Shown: positions 39,170 through 53,149 of the stretch, one piece after another
Layout of the letters: each line of letters starts with the position of its first letter
Position numbering within the stretch: the stretch's first letter is position 1
Assembly: GCA_951406725.2 (NCBI GenBank)
Contig: OX597816.1
Coordinates: 116,560,001 to 116,624,000 of the forward strand
Length of the DNA stretch: 64,000 bases
Direction: 5' to 3'
Origin: Octopus vulgaris
Taxonomy: Eukaryota
Made by a program: the position numbers and the translations under genes
The notes under the pieces: model-generated
The model's database searches: none
The model's input: only the letters and a program-made list of their open reading frames with translations
Told to the model about the DNA's origin: nothing

Positions 39170-40883
39170 GAATTCACTCATATATTCATGCACAAACATA
39201 TATACATGCATATACACCATACACATTAGAAAAAAAATCATATCAGATTGTCTCTCATTTATCAGATGAGATATTTGATAAAGTGTATTATAGGAAAATA
39301 GATATTATAAAGTATACTTGCCTCTCTGTTTCTGATAATTCTTAGCTATCGGCCATTTTATGAGTACAATTTTCACACAATTTTCTAGATCACAATAAAA
39401 CAAGGATTTTCTCTTGCTAAACTCTTTTACCTTTACTTCTCGTTTACAAGTTTCAACAGCATCTGTAATCCTTGTTTCTGTGAAATTTCACAACCACAGT
39501 CTTCACAGCTATATTAGAGAAGCTTCTTATTTATTAGGCGTGTTATAAAAGAAATTAACACAAATATAAAAAAAATAAATAGATAAATAGACTATGGTGT
39601 TCAAATATGATTTTCAGATAAAAGGATCTGATTTTTTTTTGTTTTTTATGTAATATGTTTATTGATTAAGTTATGAAGAACATGGAGGTTTTGGAGTATG
39701 TTACAACCAAGTAGGTTATAAACAAAGTAGTAATCTAAAATAAAATGCTGGACAGCAGTTCAATTCTATTTGGCCAAGAAGAGTTATTTTTATTAAACTA
39801 CAGTTGGATGCCCTTCCTAATGCCAACCACTCCAAGAGTATAGTGGGTGCTTTTACGTGACACCTGCACGAGGGCCAGTCTGGTGGTACTGGCAACAGCC
39901 ATGCTCGAAATGGTGTTTTTTTACAAGCCACCTGCACAGGAGTCAGTCCAGCAGCACTGGCAATGATCTTGCTCGAACGTTTTCTTCATGTGCCACTGGC
40001 ACAAGTGCCAGTAAGGCGACGATGGTAACGATCACGCTCAGATGGTGCTTTTTACGTGCCTACTGGCATGGAAGCCAGACAGCTGCTCTGGCAGTGATCC
40101 CGCTCGGATAGAGCTATCAGCGCTCCACTGGCACGGGTGCCAGTCATCGAATTTGGTTCAATTTCGATAACACCATTTCGATGAGGATGAGGATGATGAT
40201 GAATGGTTGGAAATTTACATGAACAGGAAACACAGGTAATCATTAAAAAAAAAGAAAAAAGAAAATTTAAAATGGCAGAGATAGACAGAGTTATGTTCCT
40301 TAATAATTTGTGCTACATAGTTTCTGCTATTTTAAGGTTTAAATTTATGACTAGATATTAGTCTGAACACCGCAACTTCAGAGACATTTTGCTCGATACA
40401 AAAAAGTCGATGAGCTTCACAGATTCTTGTACTCAGTGAGGTAGCTGATCCTGGCATCTTAGTGGCTGCTATGATACAGGAGAAATTCCAACTGCTCATA
40501 TTGCAAGAAATGTTCTACAAAACTCACACTCATCACATGTAAAGATCATAAATTAATCTAACTTGTTACTGATAATTGTCTTGGAGTTGGATGTTGCAAG
40601 AATAGAAGAAATGAGATCAACAAGGAAGTTAAGATAGAATGGACCAGAGGTTGTGAGTAGATTTCAGTCTGTCAAAAAAAAATTAAATGAATTTCCTCTG
40701 AGACTTAGCGACATACTAAACAAATGACTATCATTCAAGTACCACTGTGGAGGGTTTTAATTTGTCCCTGTATTGCATTGTTTATCATAAATGTCACAGA
40801 TGCCATCTTGTTCTGCTCTCCTACTCTAAGAGCAACATCTCATGTTGACATTGCTGTCAGGTAATCCAAAAGTCTAAACTCAA

Positions 40884-41276
40884 TTACTCTTTACTCTTTT
40901 AGTTGTTTCAGTTATTTGACTGCGGCCATGCTCTAGCACTGCCTTTAGTTGAGAAAATTGACCCCAGGACTTATTCTTTGTAAGCCTAGTACTTATTCTA
41001 TCGGTCTCTTGTGCTGAACCACAAAGTGACGGGGCATAAACACACCAGCATCAGTTGTCAAGCAATGCTAGGGGTACAAACATATACACACACATTATAT
41101 ATACATATATACGACAGGCTTCTTTCAGTTTCCATCTACCAAATCCAGTCACAAGACTTTGGTCTGCCCAAGACTATAGTAGAAGACACTTGCCCAAGAT
41201 GCCACGCAGTGGGACTGAACCCGGAACCATGTGGTTGGTAAGCAAACTACTTACCACACAGCCACTCCTGCGCCTA
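40884..41276 (-). mobile_element. Family B SINE, near full length
   Basis: Minus begins AGGCGCAGGAGTGGCTGTGTGGTAAG..GGGTTCAGTCCC and ends in a (AAAGAGT)n tail. Confidence 0.88.
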
Positions 41277-43920
41277 TCAATAAATACTTCTTAGTTGTTT
41301 CCATTTTGCTTAATGCCATCAGTCCTTGTATCAAGCAAAATAGCTCTAAAGTTAAGGTGTTCAAACTGACTACTTAGTCATGATTTCAAACCATATAACA
41401 GCAGTCTTTGTCAAGAAACAACTCTGCTTACCACAGCAAATTCTATTTTTTTTACTTTGTAGTTAAATAATTAGAAGTCAATGACTTATGTAATGATAAA
41501 AATATTTTTTTCCAGTATAGATTATTGTTACATTGTGAAATGGTGGATGTAAACAGTTTAAAAAATAAAATTAAATAAATTTTAAATTAAACAAAATTAA
41601 TAAAATAAAATGCAAGTTATAAATCCTATAATATCATTAAAGTTAGTAAGCTGGCAAGCAGGCAGAATCATGAGCACATTGGACAAACTGCTTAGCATTC
41701 TGAGTTCAAATTCTGCCAAGGTGGACTTTGCCTTTCATACTTTTGGAGTTGATAAAATAAAATAAGTATTGAGTACTGGGGTCAATGTAATGAGCTATCC
41801 TCTACCTCGAAAATTGCTGACCTTATGCCAAAATTTTAAACCATTATGAAAGTTATTACTAAAATTATCATAACTACAATATTCATAAATGATTTCTTTA
41901 TTATGCATATGACCAAATAGTTTTGTCTACATTTGTATTTTAATACATGAAGTCATTTCAACAAAGATTTAGAATAAAGCTTAAGCCTAGATTCAATGTT
42001 TTATAAAGTAAATTTGTGAAATTGTTATCTTTTTCAGGCAAACAGAACACTATCCAGTTGTAACTGATCACTGAAAATATTGATACTTTATAAAATAAAT
42101 CTAAATCTAAAATGAATTTTACAACTTTGCATGTTTTTAAATGACCTTTCCATGTTGTAGGAGCTTCAGTTTCAACATAGTTTTAGCTTAAGTCACTTGC
42201 AAGACAAGAATGATTTCAAAATTTCAAGAGTTTTAGCCACATTGCAAAAACCCTGTTATATTTTGCCTAAGTCTAGATTACATTTTGTAAGAATTTATTC
42301 CCAAGTTATTAGTTCAAGGTTCAGCATCAAAGTACAAGATATTACATTTAGAAGATTATATACATATTCATATTCTTTACTCATATTTTTTTCTTTGCCT
42401 AATTGCTTTACATAACAAGAAGGAATAAAAGCAATGCTCATGGCCTTTTTATAGGATCCCTGAGACTGGCAGGTGAAAGAAAAGAAGAAACTATGACTCA
42501 AAGGTGGCTGAAGTCAGAAGTGGCACATCAAGGTGTTTAGAAATCATTCGCCAGACTGAAGATTGGACCAAATTCTCATACCATAGTTGATACCACTAAC
42601 AGCGACCAAGGTTCAGACACTCATATTAAGCTGGAAGAGAGAGTAAATCTACAGGAAATCTTCAGGATTTTTTCTTCTGAGGGTTTCGTTGTGGAAATAT
42701 AAAATATGAAAATATATTTGAGTGTTCTTTCCATACACTGAAAAACAGTTATATTTATTGCTGTTTAACACTAGATCTACCGTCAAGCAGACCCATGATC
42801 AAAGGCTATCCAGCCATGAACATCACACAATTTTAAGAATATATTGTATATACTTCATCAGTCTCAGCAATGAGAATTCAATTAGTTCCCTACCCATGAA
42901 TTTAAAATGAGTGTGACTAAGTATTCCACAGACATATGCACTTTCAATACAATTCCATGGACAAATCAGTGCAACACAATATGGCATGGTCGAATTGTAT
43001 GTACAATTTTGAGAGAGAGGGAGGGAGGGGGGAGGAGGAAAGAGTCAAACTAGTTCTGTACTAACTCCAAAAGGATTAAAGGCAAAGCTGACCTTGAGGA
43101 ATTTGAACTCAGAGCAAAAAAAGTCAGAATGAATATCACAAGGCATTCTAAGCAATGCTCTACTGATTCTGCCAATTCACTACCCTTTAAAGGCATGTGG
43201 AGCTATATTATCTACTGTACACTATCCTAGTTTGAATTAGTATGGTGTGATTTAAAAGAGATTAAGCTGCTATTTCCAGCAGATTCAGTGAGCACATAGA
43301 GGTGCCCACATTGCTTAATCCTCAGTAGTAGTACATATTGGAACTGATTCTCCAGTTACTCACCTACAAAGATTAATTGTTGTTTAGAAGCAGATCAGCC
43401 AAGATTGAGTCAATCTTCTGATGAAAGGCATTCCACACTCCTTCCTCTTAAATCTGCTAGCCTTGTGCAAAAATTTGAAGCAATTAGATTGACTGTGACC
43501 AGGACAAATTGTCAGAACACCAAACAAACTGCTTAGGGGCATTTTATCTGTCTTTAAATCCTGAGTTCAAATTCCACTGAGATTGATTTTGCCTTTCATC
43601 TTCAGTTAAGTACTGAGGTTGATGTAATCGACTGATATCTACCCTACCAAAATTTCAAGCCCCGTGGAAGGATTATTATTGTTATTATTAAGAAGGTAAA
43701 TTGGTAGAATTATTAGCATGCCAGACAATGTACTTAGCAGCATTTCATCCATCTTTACATTCTGAGTTCAAATTTTGCTGAGGTCAACTTTGCTTTTCAT
43801 TGCTTCAATCTCAATAAAATAAATACCTGTCAAACACTGGGGTAGATGTAATTGACTAGCCGCCCTCATCCAAAATTTCAAGTCTTGTGCCTATAGTAGA
43901 AAGAATTATTATTATTATCA

Positions 43921-43956
<36 letters not shown>

Positions 43957-43959
43957 GAA

Positions 43960-44520
43960 AATGCACAGCTTATTTTTCTGGGTATGATGAAAAGTATCGG
44001 CTGTTCACAGCCAGCAGACTAAGGTGACACTTATTTACTGGTCATGCTTCAAGAACCTTGTGAAGAATTCTTGCAGTTCTAAGCAATGCTGATTTTTGTA
44101 AGTGTTCTATCTTCATACTTGCACCGATCTTTTTCAGCCATATTGGTAGTTGAGTGTTGATACTTCCAAGTGCACCAATTTCCCGCTTCAAATTGAATTT
44201 CCCACTTCAAATCGCCATAGTTATTTATTTATTCTTCTTTCACATTGATCCTGTTGTCACCAGGGCATGCTATGTTGATTATCATGCATGCTCTTTCTTT
44301 TTTATTCACCACAACAATGTCCAGTTTTCAATGTCTGGTTGGGTGATCACACTGGATCATTACATCCCACAGGATTTTGCAATTCTCTTTTTTGGTGACT
44401 CCTTCTGGAGTTTGCTCATACCACATCTTTGCCCTTTGTAGGCCATGATTTCCACAGAGCTGCCAATGGACAATTCTTGCCACATTGTCATAATGTCTTT
44501 TGTATTCGCTTAGTCCATAT
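43960..44520 (-). mobile_element. R4/Dong-clade LINE 3' end in a (TAA)n tract
   Basis: EYKRHYDNVARIVHW..KMWYEQTPEGV..KILWD..IACPGD..IGALG..LQKSALLRTARILHKVL. Confidence 0.88.
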
Positions 44521-45079
44521 TTATTATTATTATTATAATTACTATAAAAGAGGTGGGGAACTAGCAAGATTGTTAGCATGCCAAGTAAAATGCTTAGTGG
44601 TATTTTGTCGGTCTTTATATTCTAAGCTCAGATTCCACTGACATCAGCTTTGCCTTTCATCCTTTCAGGGCCAATAAAACAAGTACCAGTTGAGCACTGG
44701 GGTCGATTTAATGGACTTAGCCCTTGCCTCAAAATTGCTGGCCTTATGTCAAAATTTGAAATCATTATTATTAATATTAATATTATCATTATTATTATTA
44801 TTAATATTATTATTATTATTATTATTATTATTAAGGTGATGAGCTCACAGAATTGCTAACACACCAGGTGAAATGCTTAACAGTATTTCGTCTATCGCTA
44901 TGTTCTATGTTAAAATTCCACTGAGGTCAATTTTGCCTTTCATCCTTTCGTGGTCACTAAATTGAGTACCAGTTGAGTAATGGGGGTCAATGTAATCAGC
45001 TATCATCCTCCCCAAAATTTCAGGGCCAAATTTCAGGCTTATAGTAGAAAGGATTATCATTATAATTATTATTATTGTT

Positions 45080-45119
<40 letters not shown>

Positions 45120-45960
45120 TTTATTATTACTTTGTTCTTTTTCTAAAATCTGTTTTGGAAAAACAGCAAAATCAAATTATAACTTTTTAGATATTTCAAC
45201 ATCTAATAGAAATAGACTTAGGGGTTTTTTTTTTAAAGAAAATATACCTCCTAAGAAAATAACTCAATAACAAATAAATAAAATCTTGTCACAATATATC
45301 TGCAAATATTTCACTGCGATGCTTATGTATTAAGCTTCAGTGAACATACCAGAGCGCAATAGTCAGTTCTTAACATTGACTTGATGAAGGAATGAAATGG
45401 TTTTGAAAAGGGTTTTTTTTTTTTCTTTACACCTCCTCCCAGCTCTCAGAATTTTTATCACTATAAGATAAAAAAAATAACATTAGGTCTTGTGTTAGAT
45501 ATATATAACACTAAAATATAACTAGATATCACTAATGTAAATTTATGGCTTTTTTTTCTTCATAAACAATAAAGGAAAACGTGATATTATACTTTAAAAG
45601 GAGCTTAATATGCAATATACACCTACTTATATGTGTATGTATGCTTGCATACATATTGATGTATGCGTATGTGTGCGTATGCATGTGTATTTGTGTGTGT
45701 GTGTGTGCTTATATTAGTGATCACCATCAATTTTCTGCTCTGTTGGTTTCATTTATATCTCTTTTATACATGTATTGTGTAAAACAGCAAAAATTTAAAT
45801 AAAATGAAAGCCGAGTAGGAATGAAAGAAAAAGAAATTGATAAAATTAATTATTTTCATTCAATTTCAATAATTCCACACATAATGAGGGAGAGAATATA
45901 TATATATGTATATGTATATATTTATGTATGTATGTATATATGTATATATATACATATATA

Positions 45961-46006
<46 letters not shown>

Positions 46007-49000
46007 TATATGTATATGCATGAATATATATGTTCATATCTAAATACATATATAGAAATATATATGTATATATATATATCACACACACACATATATGTAC
46101 ATACATAAATATATACATATGTATTTATACATATATACATACATAAATATACATATATATATATGTATATACATATGTGTGAGTGTGTGCGTGTGATTGT
46201 TATATCTTGCATTGGGTGTTTAATTTTAATGCTAAGCCATTGCCACCATATTGATCTTTTAGTGTAGTTGTGTCATGATGATAAATAACTTTGCACCATT
46301 AATCTTAGTTAAAAGAGAAGATAAAATATACATTAACATTAACATCATCATTATCATCATTATCACCATAATTGAAGAAAAGACATTTAAAAAAAACATA
46401 CTAAAAATGCGATATTTCTTCAATCCTTCTAACAAGACTGAATGTTTACAACTCTATGTTTACCTATGTATTTATCTATATGGAAATGTCTATTTGTTTT
46501 ATCAAATCTATATGTGTTTCTTCTATAATGGTTAGGCATGGCTGTGTGGTTAAGAAGCTCGTTTTGCAACCACGGTGTTTTGGGTTCAGTCTTATTTTGC
46601 ACCATCTTGGGCAAATATCTCTTTTTTTATAGCTCTGGGTTGATCAATGCCCTGTGAATGAATCTGATAGATGGAAACTGTGTGGAAGCCTACTATGTGC
46701 ATGTGTGCCTTTGTGTTTGTGTGTGTGTGTATGTGTGTGACATTGTGTTTGTGTATGTGTGCCTTTGTATATGTGCTTGCCCTCCACTCCACCACCACCT
46801 GACAACAGGTGGTGATTTATTTATGGTTTGTTACCCTTCAAGACAGTACCTCAGCATGGTCTCAGTACAATGGTCTCAGTTCAATGACCAAAACAAGTAA
46901 ATGGTAAAAAAATAGAAAAAAAAGCTTTGTCTATGACACTTCATGAAGCCTCCAAGACTATTGGAGGAAGGGTGATAGGTGTCTTCCAGTCAGTGATTTG
47001 GACCAAATGCTTGCAACATGGTGGACTCTATTACATGCAGATACCCAAACTGCAAAATGTTGTATTAAAACTGGGCGGCAGATTCAGTCTACCATCCAAC
47101 CTGGCCACTGTAGGATATGAACTCAAGAATCCACAAAGCCAAAACAAATATGGCAAGGCATTGTTTTTGATGTTCTAATGACTCCACCAGTACATCCTTG
47201 TACACTGGTATTTTATTTATCAACCCTGGAAAAATAAAAGGCAAAGTTCACCTTGATGAGATTTGAACTCAGGAAGCCAGAATAAACATCACAAAAATTT
47301 TTTCTCTAACACCCTAATATCTCTACTAAATCACTATCCTGAATGTTGTTGTGTTTGCTCCTGATTTACTTTAATTGAACAGTACCCTGATCAAAAACTT
47401 TTCATATATGACCATCCCATTTGTTTTTATACCTAGAACTTCATTATCCAATATGCATTTTAAGAAGATTTGATTACTATTTGTAGCAATTTCAGCAACC
47501 ACACAGAGACTCACTTCTTAGCTGAATGTTATTATTGTTTAACTTCTGGTCAGCCCTAGTTGAACAGGCTTACTATTTTTAAAGGCATTCCAGTCTTGAC
47601 CATCACATCTTTCTGTATAACTTCGTTACACAATGTGAAATTTATGAAAGATTTGGTTACTATTACTAGACAATTGAATGACCACACCAAAACTCACTTG
47701 TTGATTGATATAGATTCAAAAACTAATGAATTAATGTTTTTACACTTAATTAAAACACATGGCATAATTAACAGTTTTTAAGTATGATAGAAGAGAAGAA
47801 GGCTCTTAATACTGGTGAGAGAGTGGTAATTTAATTGACTCAAATATATGACTGGTACTAATTTTCTCAACTTTAAAAGGGAAAAAAAAGTAAAGTATAT
47901 CTTGACAGTTTTTGAACTCAGGACATGCAATGACATAGAAAACTACTAACTGTATTGGTGCATTCTAACTCACTACAACACCTCACAGTATATCTGTCAA
48001 CCATCGTTCTATTCCAATTGACTTTATTCCACTTTTTTATATGTCATCATGCAACCAATGGACAATATATGTGGTATACGTCTGTGCTGTTGCACAATAA
48101 CAAAAAATGTTTCACTTAAAAGGACAAAAGATAAAAAGTTGTGCTGGCAGTGTTTGAATTCATACAAAAACCACCAACCCTAGTATATTTTTTTCTATTG
48201 ATTAATCTGAAAGAAAAGCAAAGCTCAATTCCAAGCTTCTGAGATTAGTGAGAGGAAAGTATGTATTTGTTCTCATGCTCTAAAAATTCTGTCAGTCCAC
48301 TTCTTTAGACTGGAATTTTTATTGACCTTCAGTGATGGAAAGTAAAGTTGAACTTGGTAAGAATTGAACTCATAATGCAAGGAATAAGTAAAGCAAAGTA
48401 TTTTGGACAATGCTCTAGTGACTACACTCATTCACTACCTACAAATTATTTACTTGCTTCTGCCATTCATCTTCTCACAAACTATCCACATCACCTATCA
48501 TTGGTTCCTCTGTCTCACAATCACTTCCACTTAGTCAACCATCACTCTATTCCAGTTGACTTTATTCCACTTTTTTTATTTGCCATCATACAAAACAGCT
48601 CTATAACAGTGAAAGCATATTTGTAGGTTGAGGCAGGTTTAAATCACTTTCCTTTGAAAGTAGAATAACTGAAAACTTTCTTTCCTCTATAGATCTCATT
48701 ACAGAAGTTCAACAGGCGTGGCTGAGTGGTAAGAAGCTTGCTTCCAAACCACATGGTTCTATGTTCAATCCCACTGTGTGGCACCTTAGGCAAGTGTCTT
48801 CTACTATAGCCTCAGGCCAACCAAATCCTTGTGAATGGATTTGGTTGATGGAAACTGAAAAGAAGCTTGTCATATATATGTGTGTATGTGGATGTGCGTG
48901 TGTGTATATGTGTGTGTCTTTGCAACTGTCTCTGCCTCCCCACCATCACACACACACTAACAGGCACACTCAGCACACAACACACACACACACACACACA

Positions 49001-50319
49001 TGCACAAATACTTCATGTTCATCCAACAGAGTAATGAGGAGCATCTAGCTATCCATAAGGATGAGTGATGATTGCATGGTGACTTTATTTAAAGTGAAAA
49101 ATTATTGAACCTGTTCCACTGCACTCTCTCATCAATGACCATCTTCAATCCAGTGGCAGGACCAGATTAGGATGATTGGAGATGGAGATAGATGCAGTGG
49201 ATGACTAAGATATCTTACTTGTCCTGTCTTGCTTTCTACACTCCACAATGTGCTGCTGTAAGCATCTTCTCATCCATCGACCCATAAAGGTTTCTTCCAC
49301 AGAATCTGCTAGTCCAGTCTTCACATGCATAAGTAGGTAAACCCATACACACACATACATACACGCATGCACAAATATATATACATACACACATAAGTGT
49401 GAAGGACAAACCACATACCCATCAAGAAGGCCTGTGATGATAAAAGAGGAGTGTATACAAAACCCTTTGTTTAATAAAATAAAGACGAAGCATTTTAAAC
49501 ATGTCCAATACTAGCATGGTAAAGAAAAATATATGGATGTAAATTATTTTGTCTTCTTGTTAATAAAAAGGTGAAAGGGAAAGAAATCACTTTTTTTAAT
49601 GATGGTCCTCATTTTGTGGACCACTGCATTATATATCTTTCTCAGTGTATATATTTGCATGTGGCTGTGTACATATTTGTTAATATACATATATTATGTA
49701 TCATATTATTTAGTATGTATAATATATTGTCAGATGTATGAACTTGTTCCATATAACTCATACATTTTTTTCAATTACAGCCATTTTATCTAATGTCTCT
49801 ATTTCTTTTGTAGGATTATATTCCCTCTTAAGTTTCAGATTTAATGACAACCATCTGCATATGGTTAATTGAACAAAGTAGATATTAATATACAACCTCC
49901 ATAGCTTTGCTTAAGTGCTTCTCAAAAAAAAATTAAATGTATATCACACCTTTTTTAATGTATGTATATGTACATATAGTAGCTGAAGATAAAGACAAGC
50001 ATTTATCTCATACATATTTATATACACACACATACATATGCATATGTGTGTGATTTTAAATTATCTCTTTACATTAAAATGGAATCCAGGGAAACAAAAC
50101 CATGTATATCAATGGAATTTTATTGAAATTAAAACCTCATTCTTTCCAGAATGTTTGATTTTGCATATCTTAAATCTGATTACAAGAGCAAATAAAGAAT
50201 TAACATCTACTTTCAACTGATAGAAATGTAATTTCCTTTTTATTCATCCTTTTAACATATACTGTACCTACAAATATCGGATGTCCTCTCATAATTTTAG
50301 AAAGTCATAATCATCATCA

Positions 50320-50875
50320 TCATCACCATCACCACCATCATCATCATCACCATCATCATTTAACATCCATTGTCCATGCTGGCATGTGTTGGATGGTTTG
50401 ACCAGAGCTGCTGGTGAGCTGCACCAGATTCCAGCCTGATTTAGCATGGATTCTACAGCTTGATGCCCTTCCTAATGCCAACCCCTTTACAAAGTGTACT
50501 GGATGCTTTTATGTGGCACCACCTCAAGCACTTTTATATGACACTGCCCAGGCACTTTTACACGACACCACATAGGCACTTTAACGTGACACCGCCACTA
50601 CCAGAGGGACCAGTCTTAACACTTCTGCTGCAAAGTATGGGTCTTCTTGGGTACAGCAAGGTGCCAGGAATCTTAGTCATTTGTCATCTCCCCTGAAAGT
50701 TTTAGTGTCCTAAGATGGTTCTTCAGTACTTCATCCCATGTCATCCTGGGTCTCCCACTTTCATATGTTCCATCAACTTTGAGAGATCAGCACTTCTTTA
50801 TGGACCTGTCAGCATCCATCTGCATCACCTGACCAAACCAGCACAGTCTTTGCTCATGCACACAGCAACTAAGTC
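50320..50875 (-). mobile_element. RTE LINE 3' end with family C tail
   Basis: RLCWFGQVMQMD..GRPRMTWDEV, then AGGAAGGGCATC tail and (GAT)n. Confidence 0.75.
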
Positions 50876-51708
50876 CTGAACAACTTGTAAAGTATGAGGG
50901 CTAAGTATGATACTGGTTTCAAATTTTGGCACAAAGCCAGCAATTTCGGGGGTTGGGTCTAAATTGATTATGACAGCCTCAGTGCTCATCTGGAGCTTAT
51001 TTTATTGAGCCTGAAAGGATGAAAATTAAAATGACTGTGAGTGGGCATATTGAGTCTAATAGAGCACTAGGTAAACATGGAAAAACTACCTTGAAAATTC
51101 TTTTCATTAAGTCATAAATTGTAATTCAATGAATTTCATATGTCTTTAAAACCGGTTGAAAACCCAAACTTTGCATTACAAATATTGCTGTCATTCTCAT
51201 ACCAAAAGGCAATCCATCCATTTATTTGATATTACAAAGAAAATCAGAAACACAAACATAAAGATTTCCTTGTCAATGATTCATGAATCACAACTGATTT
51301 CCATAAGTACCACATTAAAATAATATTGATCTAGCTGAGAATATTTAAGGAAGGACGTCTCCTGATATGGAATTTCTCTGTTGATTTTAACAAGTACACT
51401 AGTCAGCTAATGATCTTAATCTGATAGTAATTGCATCCAAATTCCCCAAAATTCTATTTTATATTCTTAAAAAAAAAAATTAGTTATCACAAGTATGTCA
51501 TTTCTTGTGAAGGTACCATGGAAAAAGTAACCAGTACACTATATAATGTGGTTGGCATTAGTAGGGGCATCCACTCATAGAAATATTTTTTTTAAATATG
51601 AAAAAGGGAGAAAAACATTTTATTTCTCCCATGAAGTATGGGGAGTTGCAGGACAGCTAGTTGGTGTCTTCAAAAGTGCCTAACTTCAAAGATGATGCAC
51701 GCATGCAC

Positions 51709-51758
<50 letters not shown>

Positions 51759-51916
51759 GCATACATCCACACACACATGCATATCCACACATACACACAT
51801 ACACACACACATATCCACACATACACACATGCACACATCCACACACACACACACATGCACATCCACACACACATGCTCACACATCCACACACACATGCTC
51901 ACACATCCACACACAA

Positions 51917-52618
51917 CAAGGAGCACTACCAGTTCAAAATAAACTCTACAGGCATGAAAGCACTATCAGGCAGGACTATCTGAGATGCCTGCTGAATGAT
52001 GAAACTGTCCTACACACAGTGGTACAGTGTTTGAGTATTGCTGACCGGTGGAGTTATGTCAAATAACTGTTGTAGCATGTGGGGTGATCCATCATGAGGA
52101 TTGCTTCACCATCCACTTTTAACAAAGTAGGGCAAGCAGTGTTTCTCTGTTTAGTGGCAATGGTGAAAAACGTTGTGTGGTGGACAAGACTGAAAGGATA
52201 AATGACAGATACTTTCTTCTTCAGTCAAGTCTTCATTGACTATTTAAGTTCTACTTGGAAAGGAAAGTGAAGGTGGAGAGAGAAGTGCTATTTCCCTACG
52301 AATTTGTGAAAACATGGATGACTATGATAAAAATGGTTAGAGTGAATGGCCCTCTAAATAGACACCTGTAGATTGGAGAGCATGAAAGAGGACTTGTGTC
52401 TTTGGTGGTCAGGGCAATCCTGGATCTGTGGAGTTCCTTGATTGGCCCTAGCTGAAGTTTCTTCTGTATCAGGAACTGCATCATTCATTTTATCACTTGC
52501 TTTGTATATCATGTAAACTCTTACCATCTTTTCCATTTCTTTTTCCCCACATAAATTATTGTCTGTTCTTGTGATGTCCACCCTCATTTACGCCCTTGTG
52601 GTTAATAAAAGAAGTTAT
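51917..52618 (+). mobile_element. Tx1/L1-clade LINE 3' end
   Basis: [25 protein letters not shown] (decayed CCHC region), then a 3' UTR with AATAAA. Confidence 0.75.
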
Positions 52619-52627
52619 TATAATTGA

Positions 52628-53085
52628 ATGGGAGAGCAGTGCATGCCATCAAAGTGACACTGAGATACAAATATACAAAGTCCAATATACCCATCATGAC
52701 TACCTGTCTGATAAGGGTATACCAAGCACATACATCACTACCACATGTGTACAACATGGTGACCTTGTATCAAGATAAACAACACTTGACCTAGCAGGTG
52801 GGGTCCAGTTAGAATTTTCTTCAGGTCGAGTAGCCCATCCTGCTAAAAAGGTCCTTGAATAAGGTTTGTCTAAGGATGATGGATGAAACATCCATGTTTC
52901 CAGAGGTGAATTATTCAAACCCCAAAGAATTCCTCTCAACACATGGCTATGATGCTCCCCCACTACTTCTGCTCATGATCAGAGATGCACATATCATCAG
53001 CCATCAAGGGATATGCTCAACTGGTTATGGTCAAGCAACCACCAAGTAAATCTGTGGCGCTGAGCAGAATATTTGTTGTGATGCA
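52628..53085. repeat. Unclassified ~450-bp interspersed repeat
   Basis: Non-simple sequence bounded by (TAT)-rich tracts; resembles a recalled Octopus repeat; no ORF. Confidence 0.4.
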
Positions 53086-53112
53086 TCTATTATTATTATC
53101 ATTATTATTATT

Positions 53113-53144
<32 letters not shown>

Positions 53145-53149
53145 ATAAT

